Shown here: piece by piece, positions 39,528-53,000 of the stretch
Layout of the letters: each line of letters starts with the position of its first letter
Numbering within the stretch: position 1 is the stretch's first letter
Source of the DNA: Tubulanus polymorphus
Lineage: Eukaryota > Animalia > Nemertea
Reading direction: 5' to 3'
NCBI RefSeq assembly: GCF_964204645.1
Contig: NC_134026.1
Coordinates: forward strand, 26,074,150-26,138,149
Length of the DNA stretch: 64,000 bases
The notes under the pieces: generated by a model
Seen by the model: only the letters and a program-made list of their open reading frames with translations
What the model was told of the DNA's origin: nothing
The model's database searches: none
Program-made: the position numbers and the translations under genes

Positions 39528-41056
39528 TGCTTATACATTTATTGTTGATTTCTTGTTCCATTCGACCTTTCTACTTGCATGTTATATATTAAGAAGGGCC
39601 TGTTCATTATGTAGATATGAATGAGGGTAAAAATTCTATTTTCATGCTCGATAATATGCACATGGTCTTTGAATCTGTTTTCAATGTTGTAAAACTTTGA
39701 GTACATTTTCTGTGAACAATCCTTATTGACTTAATCGTCATCATATTCCTTATGTCTTTCTCTTTAATAACAATATCCCCCTCCTTGTAAAACTGCAACT
39801 TAGGGACTTCTTGGATATTAGTTATTGAAAGACCAATCAGAGTTGCATCCACAAATGTGGGTGGTCTTGCCTCTGAATCAATCCAATTTTAGTATACAGT
39901 ATTACTGATGCTGCCGGGTCATTATACCTTTCTGAATCATTCCAATTTTAGTATAGAGCATTGCTGATGCATTTTCTTCACTATACAACCACACCATTCT
40001 TCATTCAAAGATCTATAATAATGATGATAATATAATAAAGTAATAAATTGTGTTAAATATTCTAATAAAATGAAAAAATTATTATGCTTGAACTTGGTGT
40101 GGTACAGGATAATGACAGTGTACACGGTATATTTCTTAATACGCGCATACTGCAGTTACCTTGTTGCCTTTGAAGGCTCTTATCGACCAATTATCTTGGA
40201 AAATTGTTTCTTGTACTGTAGTCAAGCTGTAGTCTTCTTTTTGGCCTCAGAATGCTGATATTTCACATACAAAGTATTTGTATTTATGTCTATGTATTCC
40301 AAATGATTTAATAGCCAGCGTTTGGTATTACATTGTAATGAAGTCATTCATTCATTCTTATTCAGCTAATCTTTACAGACACTACCGTCTTCTATTGGCT
40401 TCTGTTCTTAGTGTATATCATCTAATACTAGTGTATTGTATTGTTGATGCGGATTAGTTGAAGGATCCATCCAATCTATAGAATTTTCTCACTTTGTTCT
40501 TCAAACAGTATTTTGGGAGAATCCAAAGCAAAAATTCTAAAAATATAGCATTTATATCCAACCATTCATCTATTGCTGTCATTACTAGATGATCGCCTTA
40601 TCGACCCATCTTCCAGCGACGTGACTGTCACGCTATTGTATTACTTACCAGATTGGCAAAATTGATACATTCTGTTTTATGTTTCGGGTTTTTTCTGTGT
40701 TATAGATACAAATTCTTATAATAAAATAAACTGATTTATATTTATAGATAGTTTTTCACGTTTCTTGAATTCTACACTTCACTGATTGCTGAGGATGATG
40801 TTTCGCTTACATGTATGAGGAAATATTTTTCTGGTGATTTCTATGTTCAAATGAAGCCCTCCTATACTTTTGTCCTAAGTATTAACAAAAGATGTTCTAT
40901 GGTATTAAAGCCTAAATAACGTTCATTTATGTCTCGGCAGACACTAGTAGACAGAGTGGAATAGAAATAGCCCTAGTGATAAAAAACCAAATCGATATAG
41001 TTATAAAATATGGGCTGTGTATGACGTAAAACAGATAGATCGCTGCCTTATTACAC

Positions 41057-41186
41057 CATAAGGTGCTGCCGCTATGCTCATCGTTAGCGGATTTTTCAAA
41101 CACTGCACTCACTCGCCACTACCCAGAGAAACTTTCTATTAGTGTATAAAAAATCCGCTAGCGATGAACATAGCGGTAGCACCTTA
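41057..41186. mobile_element. Hairpin MITE (Harbinger-like TAA/TTA ends)
   Basis: taaggtgctgccgctatgctcatcgttagcggattttt / aaaaatccgctagcgatgaacatagcggtagcacctta. Confidence 0.7.
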
Positions 41187-41489
41187 CGCTCTTCCTATTT
41201 TTCCAGAACGTTATATGGTCGAGATGAACAAATATGATCTAGAATGATTGCAGTATGTCCAATTTTAGATCAGTTTAGACAACTTGTTTGGGCTGGCCGA
41301 GTAAACCTGGAAACCTCCTAACCTTAGGAAATGAGGGATATTTTGTAAAATTGTAAATACTCCATGATCCCCCTCACCACATTATGAGTTTTCCGGTTTT
41401 CTCGGCTAGAGGGGGATCATTGCACGAAAAATTGCACGAAACACAAATAGCGCAGTACAACCAGCTTGACCGGGCGAGATTCAGGATCT

Positions 41490-41760
41490 CAACTAGCACT
41501 CAAAGGCGTGACAAGAGACTTGATCCACTGACCGAGGTTGTCACAAGGACACAATGAAACTAGCACTCACAAGCCGACAAGAGACTTCATCCACTGACCG
41601 GGGTTGTCACAAGGACACAATGAAAACTAGCACTCAAACTAGAAATCAAAGGGCGTGACAGTAGAATCATCCCTCAGCCGACTCAGAATACCAGAAACAA
41701 AGGGCGTGGCAGTAGAATCATCCCTCATCCGGGCGGTCACAAGGACCAATGAATGCTAGT
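41490..41760 (+). repeat. Short tandem modules ending in hairpin + CTAG (Helitron 3'-end-like)
   Basis: tgtc-acaag-gaca-caatgaaa-CTAG twice and ggtc-acaag-gacc-aatgaatg-CTAG-T once. Confidence 0.5.
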
Positions 41761-41832
41761 GGCGTGTGACAATCCAGTATAACCGCTCCATTTGTATCCC
41801 GCGCAATCCCGCAGATATGCCCGTCATTGACA

Positions 41833-42010
41833 TCACTCAGCACACTTTGTAGATAGGTGGGGGCAGTGAGGCCTCGTCATCCTGGTTTTCGTGTTCCGGA
41901 TGAGGGCATGTAGAGGGCAGAATTTCCTGACCGACTCTTTGTCTGACATCCCCGACACATGACCGGCGAAGGAGAGCTGACGCTTTCGGACATTAGTTTT
42001 GTTCCAGCAA
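41833..42010 (-). mobile_element. Degenerate non-LTR retrotransposon (RTE-like) 3' fragment
   Basis: VRKRQLSFAGHV resembles the post-RT RRLRW/FAGHV motif of RTE-clade LINEs. Confidence 0.5.
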
Positions 42011-45000
42011 ACGTTGAAATTCGACAGAGAAATCGGCCCTGAAAAACAAAACGGGTTAATTGCTGAAAAATAGAACGGATTAATTAACACGGAACAGTAC
42101 AGGACAGCACAGAGACAAACAGTAACACATAAAACATAAAGACGTCGTTCCTCAGGAAGCAGGAACAGGAACAGGAACAGGAACAGGAGCGGGGGCGGGA
42201 GCGCAGCGAAAATCGCCAGGAGGAGAATCCACGGTAGCATGTTCACAGTGTGAGTAAGCTGAGGTGAATGGTCTATGCTTGTGTACACCGTGGTCAGCCG
42301 GTGACGTATTCAATAGCGCGTGTCAGAATGATATCAACAACTCTGAAAACCCGCAATTGTGTCTCCATTGTTGAATGGATTTACATTATGAGGTTCCACC
42401 GCCGGGTTGAATACGCGCCAGTAGTCAGCTGAACAATATAGTGGAGGAACTTTAATAAGGCCATGAAATAAATTACTTGATTCCCAACAGCTACTTCCGA
42501 ATTTATAAGCATCCGCCTGTTTTTTTTCTTAAATTCTAGAATAATTTTTAAATTATATCGACCGATAGCACTTCCAGTTAAAGATTCACACCAACACATG
42601 TCTTCCTATCATAGAAACCGCGTAAACATTTACTAATGAAATTAGTTTATTAGTCACGGACAGTTCATGCACCCCGAGATAACTACCTCACATGCACGAG
42701 GAAAGCGGTCTTTGAGTCATTGGGGGAAAACCCACTAATACCATGTATTCACTATTATTCATCATACTGTTATTCACTGGATTGTATCGCCACCTAGTTT
42801 CCTTGCTGTAGTATTATATTTTGTTTTACGTTTAACATATTTTATTTGCAAATATTCTCTATTCCTATGTTATCCATTATAAAAGCGATTTTAAATGTAT
42901 GTCCACTCTTGTACTGTTTTCCCTGTGTTTTGATGTTAATATTTTATTGCATGTCATTTCCTATGTAACTTGTGTATTATATGGAGCAATAAAATTAAAG
43001 TTCAAGTTCAAGTTCAAGTTCAAGTATCACAGAATCCCGTCAATAGACAGATTTTCATCCAAAAAAAACTCCATGCTTACCACTCATAATTTGAAAAAAA
43101 AAACAAATTGTTTTCTTTAATTTTGATACTCAACTGGAGATTAAACGGTACATCATCATGTAAATTTAGGAAAGTCCATATTAGAATTTCGTTTCTTGAT
43201 GTTCCAATTTACTCTTATCCCAATTTTTGATTTTGGTCAGAGTATGGCGATATCAAATCATGATTGGATCGGTCAGCATCAAATACTTCTTCAATTCGTC
43301 CGTTTTATCTCGGTAGAGTTTGATGGAGATTGTTGGTTTGTAATCTGATTGGCTTCCTGAATAAATGATAACGACCGCGAGGCCTGCGCCTAACCCGAAC
43401 TCGATCAATGGTCAAATTTGTATCTGACAGATGATACAGTCCTACTTTCATATTCGAGGGGGTCACCAATTGATGTTATTACATATCGGGGAACTTTGGT
43501 TACTGATTGCCTTCTGGTGGGAACACCGCAGCCAGTTTTGATTGCATTGACATAATGAAATGGAAATAGTGACACGGTGTATGGAATATTTGAGTGCAGC
43601 GTATAACAACATCAGACGATACAACGATGAAGTTTTGGCCTATACCATTTTCCAATATTCTTGCTTATCTTTTTCATTTCTAATCAATACCATCCGAAAA
43701 ATTATCAATTCAAGTATGAAAAAAAAACATATTTTTTCAATTAAAATGAGTGTATCCAATGATCTATCGAAACTGGGATAGTGTACTTACTAAGGAACAT
43801 TTGCTGTTAAGAACCGTCAGAGCGGGTTCATTTCTGTTCGATCTGTCATTACACATCCAAATTACTATTCATTGGTTTCTGCTCCTTCATTTTTCTTTTC
43901 CGGGTAACTAGAGAATGTTGCCGGAATAGTGATTAAGAGGCGATGTTCAACCTTTATTCAACCCTGAAGCCGCTTAAACGTCAACACGCCAACGAATCCG
44001 ATCTATCATCGCCGGCACCAGTAGAGACAACGACACCAAGAGAATTTGCAATCATTTACTAGATCAAATCATCATGGCGCACAGGAAAACACTACATAAT
44101 GAGATTAAAACAACGATACATCATAATAATTATAATATACATTCAATTTTATTATCTTAGTTTCTCGTAACATTCGTAACATTTCTTTTATATCTGTGTA
44201 CATAATTCAGAATATGAACTCGATCCCATACTTAGCTTTGGAGCAATCATCATAGAGATGATTACTCCAAGATTCATCATAACACGTTACGTGGACCACC
44301 CCCAGCTTAGGAATATAGCTCATGATTGAAACATTGCACAGCACAGTTAACTATGTTGCGCGCCAAAATATAATGATCTTAAATGCGCAATACATTGAGG
44401 GAGACACGTCTTTATGAGGCAGCCTAAAAGCGTATGTGAGAATTTCTATATACATTTCAAATTTTCTGACTTTGTTATTAATGAGAAATGCGCGAGAGTC
44501 GATTAAATGTCACACAGCCTCAGACCACACATTTTCAATAAATAAATGTCCATATCGTTGTCTCGAATCTATTTTCTACCAATATTTTAGATAATTTCAT
44601 TCAACACACAAATGGTGTGGACGTGCTTAGGCCTATTATTATCGAGCTTTGAGCCAACAAATCGTCTGCTGGTAACGATCATAAAACCATTTCGGCCTAC
44701 TCTATCTTTCATATGATTTCAAATGTATGATATTTCATTAATAAGTATTATATAATTGAATGTGTGACTGATTGTTTAATAGTTTTCCGCATAAAATGAA
44801 CGTGAATGCATTTGAGAATGAACAGTGACACAAATTACCCGGACGAAAATGGGTAATATAATTTCCACGAACGTTCAATCGATGTATGAATTCACATCCA
44901 ATGACATAGATGAAACTGTTGAAACATTCGGAAAACGTAATGCGTCATTGCACCGGCCTTTCTGACATCACAAAGCCACTGCCAACTACTGCCCATAAAA

Positions 45001-46343
45001 CCGTTAATGTGCACATTAATCTTATTTATGAAATGAAGCGAGATATATTCATCACAATCTGAGATAAAAGCCCCATTCATATTCGATTCTATATTTTTCG
45101 AAGATATTTCAAATATTCACCTGATCGGGGAATAGGATTAACATATGCACGTAGAATACTTCGTTTATTATAAAGAAATAATCATTTTCAACACTTCTTC
45201 ACAATCTTCCCGCATGGATAGTTCGCTATATATCATGAGACGACGATAACCGATGTGTAAAGTAACTATTCATGTTCCGTCTGGGTAAAGGGAAAGCTTC
45301 CGCCAGTCATTGCATTGATTTTTGCTTAACATTCATTATATTTCCATCACGGGTAATAGCCTACATTTCTGATAATCAGCCATCATGAATGAAACCAGTC
45401 AGAAGCTGACACGAGTTGACGATGTACATCGTCACCGTCATTATCAGTAAAAGTCGCCAACAGGAAACCAATCATACTGACTTCAAAATCGCGTTCAATA
45501 CACAGTTACAATCACACAAGCACACAGTAACATAGTACAGAAAAATCGTATTTTCTTAACGATTTTTGCTTGCAGAGAAAAAATGATTTAGATTACAACC
45601 GTTTTGTGTCTCTGCTCGATAACGAGTTATAGGCCAACGTTTCGAATGATCTATAATGACGTGCTTTTTCCATTATCAGTATTCAATTTGTTTACACTTG
45701 TTGATACCTCTAAGATTTTAATTGCAAAACGCGCACCAATTAGTAGCATGGAGTAATTGCGTATCATACGTATCCAGTAACCTTTCGACACATTTCCCAT
45801 ACCGCGATATATGTTATCTTTCAAACTGCAATTGTCGAAACACCCAGGCCTACACTACAAAATCAGTTGTATTTTTTCTTTTCATTGTAAATATATACAC
45901 TTTCTTCCTTCATTAACTTGTAATTGAAATTCAACATTCACCACTAACTAATTGGCGAGATGAGTGCAAACGCTTAGATTATTGTAGCTGTAACGGGGGA
46001 AGGTAACCATGGATTCGCCATCAGAAGCGAAAACTAATTGCGCGCTTTTAAGAGCGTGGGATAATCAAATATTAGTATACTTTTGACCGTGAAGCATCGA
46101 ATTTTCCCTCTTATTATTGATTGTTGTTGTGATTTCCACTCTTTTGAATCAGATGCGTGCACCGGGGAATACCTCAACAACATTTTTTTCGTGTGTTTAA
46201 GGCATTGAGTACCTCCAATGATGTCTGAAGGTTTCATTTTCATTATCGTTATCATAACTTAAGATTTAGACAGAATTTAACCGAATATACATCTATTCAT
46301 AAATGTAAACAGCAGCATAGCAGATTCTAAATGGTACCGAATT

Positions 46344-47891
46344 TTAGTTGGATTCCTTTTTGACACATGTTTCTTGTACCTGAATCTCATTTTCGATTTC
46401 CTGCAAAGTTGATGGTGTACCATCGTTTTGACTACAGGTACCGTATTCGTTTTTTAGAGATCCACCCGCTTTTTCGAATAATTTAATACGTTCAGTAACG
46501 CTTCCGTCGCAAGCGATCCAAATAATCCCACCTAAACAAACGATATAGATTGCTGCTTCAATGACAAACGCCATTCCCGGGAATATCTGGAAAGTTACGG
46601 AGTATAGATTTGTGAAGATGATTGCCCCTAGTAGATTCGAGGCCGTCTCACCGCACGAAAGCAAAGAAAATATTTTACCAATTTCATCTTCATCAACCAA
46701 CTTACTAATGATTGATTTTGAACCGGATACAATCATACCACTGACTGAACCGACTATTACTCCAACAAAAATCATCCATGTTTGGTCGCTGACTGATACA
46801 AAAACTAACCGGGTAGTTTTGAAAACTATACCGATGATAACTAAATTCACATCTTGAATCTTAAATACAACCGATAATAGTGGTAAGAGCAAACACAAAC
46901 TTAACCCTAGAGTTGCGTAATCGACGGCTAACAAGTAACCGTACAATGATTTGGACCAACTCAACGGGTAATATTCTACAAAAAGTAAAGTTACATCAAT
47001 TTCTCCAGCTTTACAAATCTGATTCGTGATAACTACGAAAAAAACCAGAACAAGGTGAAATCGTAAATTCCCCTGTCTCGGTTTGATAAGTACTTCCACC
47101 GAATCGCGAATGTTAACTGGGTTGAATAAGAATGGTTTACCGTTCTTCTTCGTCGGTTCTATTTCGGGATAAATGTCATTAGATTCGATTCCGGGCACAC
47201 TTTCCTTCAAAAACATAAGTAGTACTACTATGCACGCGGCCAATATTCCCACAACGATGAGGAAGATGAAGTTAAAACTGAGTCTATCCAGAAGTGAACC
47301 AGCCAACAATGACCCAAGAAAAAGTCCGAAAAAATTCATCGCTAGAAGTTTACTCAGTTTTTTTGTTCGGTTTTCCTTACTGCTCACATCCGAAACGTAG
47401 CTGTATACAGCCATACTAAGTATAGCGCTTTTTCCAAAACAGCCATTGATGGCCGCTCCGATTAAAACAAATGCAAGAGCGGACGATTGAGGTAGCATGC
47501 CAAACATATAAAACAAGCACGCAATGATGGCACCTATGCAAGGAAGAATCATCGGCAACTTTCTTCCAACTCTGTCACTCCAAGCTCCGCAAAATAATCC
47601 AAGAATAATCGCTGGAAAATTTAGCAAAATCTTATAATACATTATGTAATTTGCCGAGAGTTTTTGGACGTGGGCCTCTTCAATCGGGTGTTTACGTAAA
47701 CTATAACATAAGCCATGATCCTGATACTCGATTAAACATACTTCTTGATAAATGAATAACTTGACAGTTGGTTCTAACAGTGATTCAGCCGATTTGTACA
47801 TTAAAAAAACCATTTCGGCAACGATTGCACCACTTTTTATGCACTCCATCGACGAACAAGGAAAACACGATTTACTGTCCTTGGCGCCCAT
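46344..47891 (-). CDS. SLC46/PCFT-like MFS transporter, intronless CDS, 515 aa
   Basis: About 12 TM segments; GAWSDRVGRK (MFS motif A), YSYVSDVS, SKLVDEDEIGKIFS, YSVTFQIFPG are typical of SLC46. Confidence 0.9.
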   Translation of the reverse strand: MGAKDSKSCFPCSSMECIKSGAIVAEMVFLMYKSAESLLEPTVKLFIYQEVCLIEYQDHGLCYSLRKHPIEEAHVQKLSANYIMYYKILLNFPAIILGLFCGAWSDRVGRKLPMILPCIGAIIACLFYMFGMLPQSSALAFVLIGAAINGCFGKSAILSMAVYSYVSDVSSKENRTKKLSKLLAMNFFGLFLGSLLAGSLLDRLSFNFIFLIVVGILAACIVVLLMFLKESVPGIESNDIYPEIEPTKKNGKPFLFNPVNIRDSVEVLIKPRQGNLRFHLVLVFFVVITNQICKAGEIDVTLLFVEYYPLSWSKSLYGYLLAVDYATLGLSLCLLLPLLSVVFKIQDVNLVIIGIVFKTTRLVFVSVSDQTWMIFVGVIVGSVSGMIVSGSKSIISKLVDEDEIGKIFSLLSCGETASNLLGAIIFTNLYSVTFQIFPGMAFVIEAAIYIVCLGGIIWIACDGSVTERIKLFEKAGGSLKNEYGTCSQNDGTPSTLQEIENEIQVQETCVKKESN

Positions 47892-50084
47892 TTTCCCAAA
47901 TTGGCGATATTAGTTTGAGAAATTGGATATCCTAAAAGATGGACGGAAGTTCCAGTGAAATCCGCCTTTTATGAAGTACAAGCAACTTTGAGACGGATTC
48001 AGTAATGTATCACAAGTTAATTCGTTCGGCACAATCGAAATTTTCAGAAGAGATTTTCCAAATTATCGGCCAAACTCGACTACAGTAACAGTACGTCTAC
48101 TGATGAATGCACACACGTTGGATGGTACTGATTTCCGTGTCGTTGGAGATTACTTGTCCAGCAGCAATCCAATCTGAACCTGCCAGTTCGAAAGCTCTCG
48201 CGACGTGTCTGGCGAATAATCACGCGTGCGTAGCGATCGTTACCCCTTCTTAAGCCCAACGCGCACGACACGGGGAAGCGTTTCCCCGTGGTTTATGAAA
48301 AAATGTTACGGGAAACAATGTTTCCACGATCATGCATATTTGATTCCGTGTAAAATGTCCCTGCGTCGCGGTGCTTTGGGCTTTGATGTCATATAAGTGT
48401 TGGGTTGGAAATAATTCTGATAAGTGTGATCCACCCTTGTTTAGTTACGATCTTGTACGAATTGCAAAAATGAAGTAAACGGAATTATGAATTTCAATTA
48501 GCTGATGAAATTATGAATCTCATGAAATAGAATTGAATTTTACAAGAGAAATAAGGCGTATTGGATTGCATTAACAATAAAATGTCCACATTAAAAATGG
48601 AAAAAGGAATTCGATGGTTTATATAGTTATAAATAATCTATACATGTCGAGGATTTTCAAGAGCTCTAGCTTCAAACTCATTATTGAATCTACCGACATA
48701 GTTCTCTTGCAGCTTGGTGCTACGCCACGGCATTCGATTGCATATCGGCATCTCCGGATTTGTTTGGGTTAAGAGCTACTCGATAATCAAAAGGGACACA
48801 CAATAACCTATGTTTGTAACTAAGATGTTCCGAGTGCTCTTTTTATAGTCGAACGATGCAAAAACACGGACAGAATTGGAATCGCATAGGTTATACGTAT
48901 GCTAATGTGACGAGTATTACATATGTATATATTTCAATTCAATTTTTCTTATGGTATGAATATATAATGTAATTCTACTTGAACGAATTACATCCACCAC
49001 TTTCAGGGAGCGATGATTTAGTGATAAAGATCACTCGTCGACGTCTGATTCTTTTATTTTTACGCTCTTGACTTCGGCGAGCTGCCATAGACAGGGAGAA
49101 ATACATCACCCTCATCGCCCACTCAAGTAGCTCGGCGCCAGCTTACCCCGGTAATAGGTTTTGTAATAGGCGAGTCATCTACAACTGTTCTTCGCTATTC
49201 ACCAGTAATCAAACGCTGATCGAGTAGCTCGTTGTTGGCAGGCACGAAATTTACCGACGACGACAACGAGAATCGGTACCATACCGATAGATATTGATCA
49301 GGCAACCGGTGACGGATTGTATGCACGGAACGGAGATTAATAAAACTGGAAATTAAAAGGTTCAATAAATATCGCGTCTCAGAAAGACGAGTTCCAATTA
49401 CTATATGTCGCCTGGCACCTACATCATCACCCACAGGAATCCATAACACAGCGATATTAGAAATTCTCATTTTTATGTTCCTCCTTTCATCTTCCAAAAG
49501 ACATAAAGCGCCCAAGAAAAACGAATCAATAAATACAATATATTTCAATGAAATGATCTTTTATTAACCGATTAGACTAAATATCATAATAAAGTTCTTC
49601 ACAATGATTCACAATCGCTTATAATGAACGATAATTATCTATTTTAATTAATTGATACCAAAAGCACAAGAAAAATCACCGTTAGGAGTTACAAACCGCA
49701 GTGGTTAACAAATCATTGAAAATGAACAGATTATATCAATAACATGATTGTACTTAATGGTGTTGATGATGAATTTGACAAGTTGGGTGTAATAAAATTG
49801 CACTAAATTATTTTGAGTTGACCAAATACAGAGGTTAGAAATTTGGAATTGATGTTCCTTTCATGTCACAAACATTCTACCAATCGGTTCCATGTTTGGA
49901 GGAATCAACAGTATGATGTTAATGTAAGTCTATTCATAAGAAGTGAAAGAATGATATTACACTCAAAACTGATACAAAGCTAATATATTATGTTCACATT
50001 TATTTTATAAACATCAATTTTTACTGAATTACACCAATAACTGATGGCGTTATATGAAACGCTTCGGATAAATTGGGAAATTGT

Positions 50085-53000
50085 TTATCTACGAACTTTC
50101 GTCCATCCTTCGATTTCCTCTTCAGATTTTTCTTCTGGTCGGCCACCTCCCCTCCATGGACTTTGTTCAGTTTTCGACGGAGATGAGCCTTGATCTAATA
50201 GATTTTAAAATACTTTACTCAATTATACAAGCATCACAATACATTGTACGAAATAAAATAGTACTTAAGCATCATCGCTGCAATTATTCATTTATGGATT
50301 ATTTCCTTTTTTCTTTTTCACTATTACTACTATACAATCGAATTGAGTCATGTCACCAGTAAAGCCTACTCTACTTATGCATCTTTGTATTTTGCAAGGT
50401 ATTGATTGAGCCCCTAGACCGAGTTTTCAATATGAATGAATAATGCAACTGGTATAGCTAATTGTATGCTATCATACCAAAGCAAACCATTTCAATTATT
50501 TTTCATGTAAAAAAGAAATCCTCACAGCAATAGATGGAATTCATTGATATGATATCTTTCGAAATATCCATTATAATCTATATCAATGTTTCTATCTTAA
50601 ATAATACTAACCAGGTTGTTCTCCAGCACCCCCACGTCTCCAAGTATCAGGTCCACTTTCCCTCGCACTATCTCGACCGCCATCTCTTCTCCAACGACTT
50701 CCACCATCATCACCCCCTCGACCAGATGGACTATCTCGCCATCTATCACCGAAACCTCGTCTGTAAATTTAATATAAATTGGAGATTAAAGCCTTAATGA
50801 ATGTTGGTACGAGAGTACTATACTCCAGATGATAGATTTACCTTTCATCTGTTGGTGGACGTCTATCATCATCTCGATCTCTAGCTCCACCACTTCTCCA
50901 TGCACCACCACCTCCACTTCGTTCTTCCCTATCCCCTCTTCTCATATCGTCTCCACGTCTAAATGAATCGCGATCATCTCCACGTCTGAACGAATCACGA
51001 TCATCTCCCCGTCTGAAGGAATCGCGATCATCTCCACGTCTGAATGAATCGCGATCATCTCCACGTCTGAATGAATCACGATCATCTCCCCGTCTGAACG
51101 AATCGCGATCATCCCCACGTCTGAACGAATCACGATCATCCCCACGTCTGAAAGAATCGCGATCATCTCCACGTCGGAATGAATCACGATCATCACGTCT
51201 AAATGAATCGCGATCACTGCCACGTCTGAACGAATCACGATCATCGCCACGCCTGAATGAATCGCGATCATCTCCGCGCCTGAATGAATCGCGATCATCT
51301 CCACGTCTGAACGAATCGCGATCATCTCCGCGTCTGAATGAATCGCGATCATCTCTTCTGAAATCACGATCATCACGCCTTGGTTCTATATCCTGGTTTT
51401 CTCTGGCAGGAGTACGCCAAGCAGAAGTTGGTGCATCACTTGGCTTGTCAGATTCATCCCGTTCTTTTGGTTCAGCTCTTTCTTTCGGTTCAGGTGCATC
51501 ACGTTCCATGCTTTTGTCATTACTCCAAGCATCACTGAAAAGATACAGGTTACATGTTATACATTCCAAAACAGTCAGCGAAATTCAGTAGTTTAGGAGC
51601 ATGAGTTGCATGAGTTGAAATATTCAAGTGTGCTACATACAATGACAATTTCTCCGAAAGGATTGGATGTGTTCCCAACTTTGCTCTTTATAAAAGTGTA
51701 AATATTTGCAAATGTAATAAGATTCTATGACTATCCCAGCAGGGAATTTCAAATCTAGAATTGCCTGATTTTTCTTGTTCTATGCGAACCCTACCGATAC
51801 TCTCACTAATGAGCAGGTCATATGATATCAAAGAAAACAACTAACTGCTGATACAATATGGGGCAAGTGGTGCAATGGGGCAGGTTAATCAAGTCACTAA
51901 TTTGGGTCTTCTGATCATTGGGCGCGAGCGGACTCCAGCTGCACTTAATTCATGAATTTACAATAAACCTACGTCTTCCTAGACCACTGGTCATCCCGAT
52001 CTTTAACTTTATCTCTCCAACCACCCTCTTTAGGCTGTGGTCGCCATGCACCTTTTGGCCGTTCATCTTCATCTCGCCGACTGCAATATACATATAATGG
52101 AATACACATTGGTGCAAAAATATTTTCCATGTCGAATTAATGAGGTATTATTTGAAAGGAACTGACCTTCCTGTAGCTTGATCTCTCATACGAGCCGCCT
52201 TTTCTTCCATTTCCTGTTCTCGTTTCTTCTGTCGGGCAGATATCTCCTCTAATTTCTCCATTCTTTCAATATATTCCTTCTCTTCTCGTTCTCGTTTCTC
52301 CAAATCAAGTCTTTCCTGCTCTTCACGTTCTATTAGAAGTAAACCAACAATTTTTGCAGATATGTACATAAAATAAAAATTTAGATAATCAACAGTAATC
52401 TACATGTACCTACCTCGTTTCAAGGCTTCATCCTTAGCCCTCTGTTTTGCTTCTTCTTTTTCTTTTATATATTTAAGTTTACGTTCTTCTTTTCTGCGAT
52501 CTTTTCGTTCTAATAATCGTTTCTTCCTTTCCTCATTCAGTTTTACTTCAAATTCCTTTAATTTTTCCTGTGAAGTAAACAATCAATCGATGCAAATGTT
52601 CACCAAGGCTAACACTATTCTAGCTGAGATGCTCATTGAATATTTATAGAAAATACGCACCTTAAATACAGACTTCCTTGAAGCTTTCAATTCATTTAAG
52701 AATTGATCTTTATCAGGAATAATTTTGCGGAGACGATCACGATGTTCTAATGCCTGTTCTCTCTCCACCACTAAAGCTTTTATCTGAAATACAAAAATCA
52801 AACATTAAGAGAGGGACATTACGGTCCTTGATTATTCGCATATAATGAACATTAGTTGACTTACTCGTATGTCTTCTTCATCTTCCCAGAATTTTTTCAA
52901 TGTAACGCTCTCTTCGTCATATTGCTTCTTCAGCAGTGGCAACTCCTCCACTCGTTTAGCTCTTGCAAAATAGTCGATCTAGAATATAACAAATTCTTGA

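Noticed and set aside
50350-50500. Hairpins and ACA motifs in the last EIF3A intron
   Set aside because: Could not assemble a consistent H-box/ACA two-hairpin model by eye.
50942-51376. 144-aa alternative-frame ORF (MIAIHSDVE repeats)
   Set aside because: Shadow frame of the EIF3A coding repeat.
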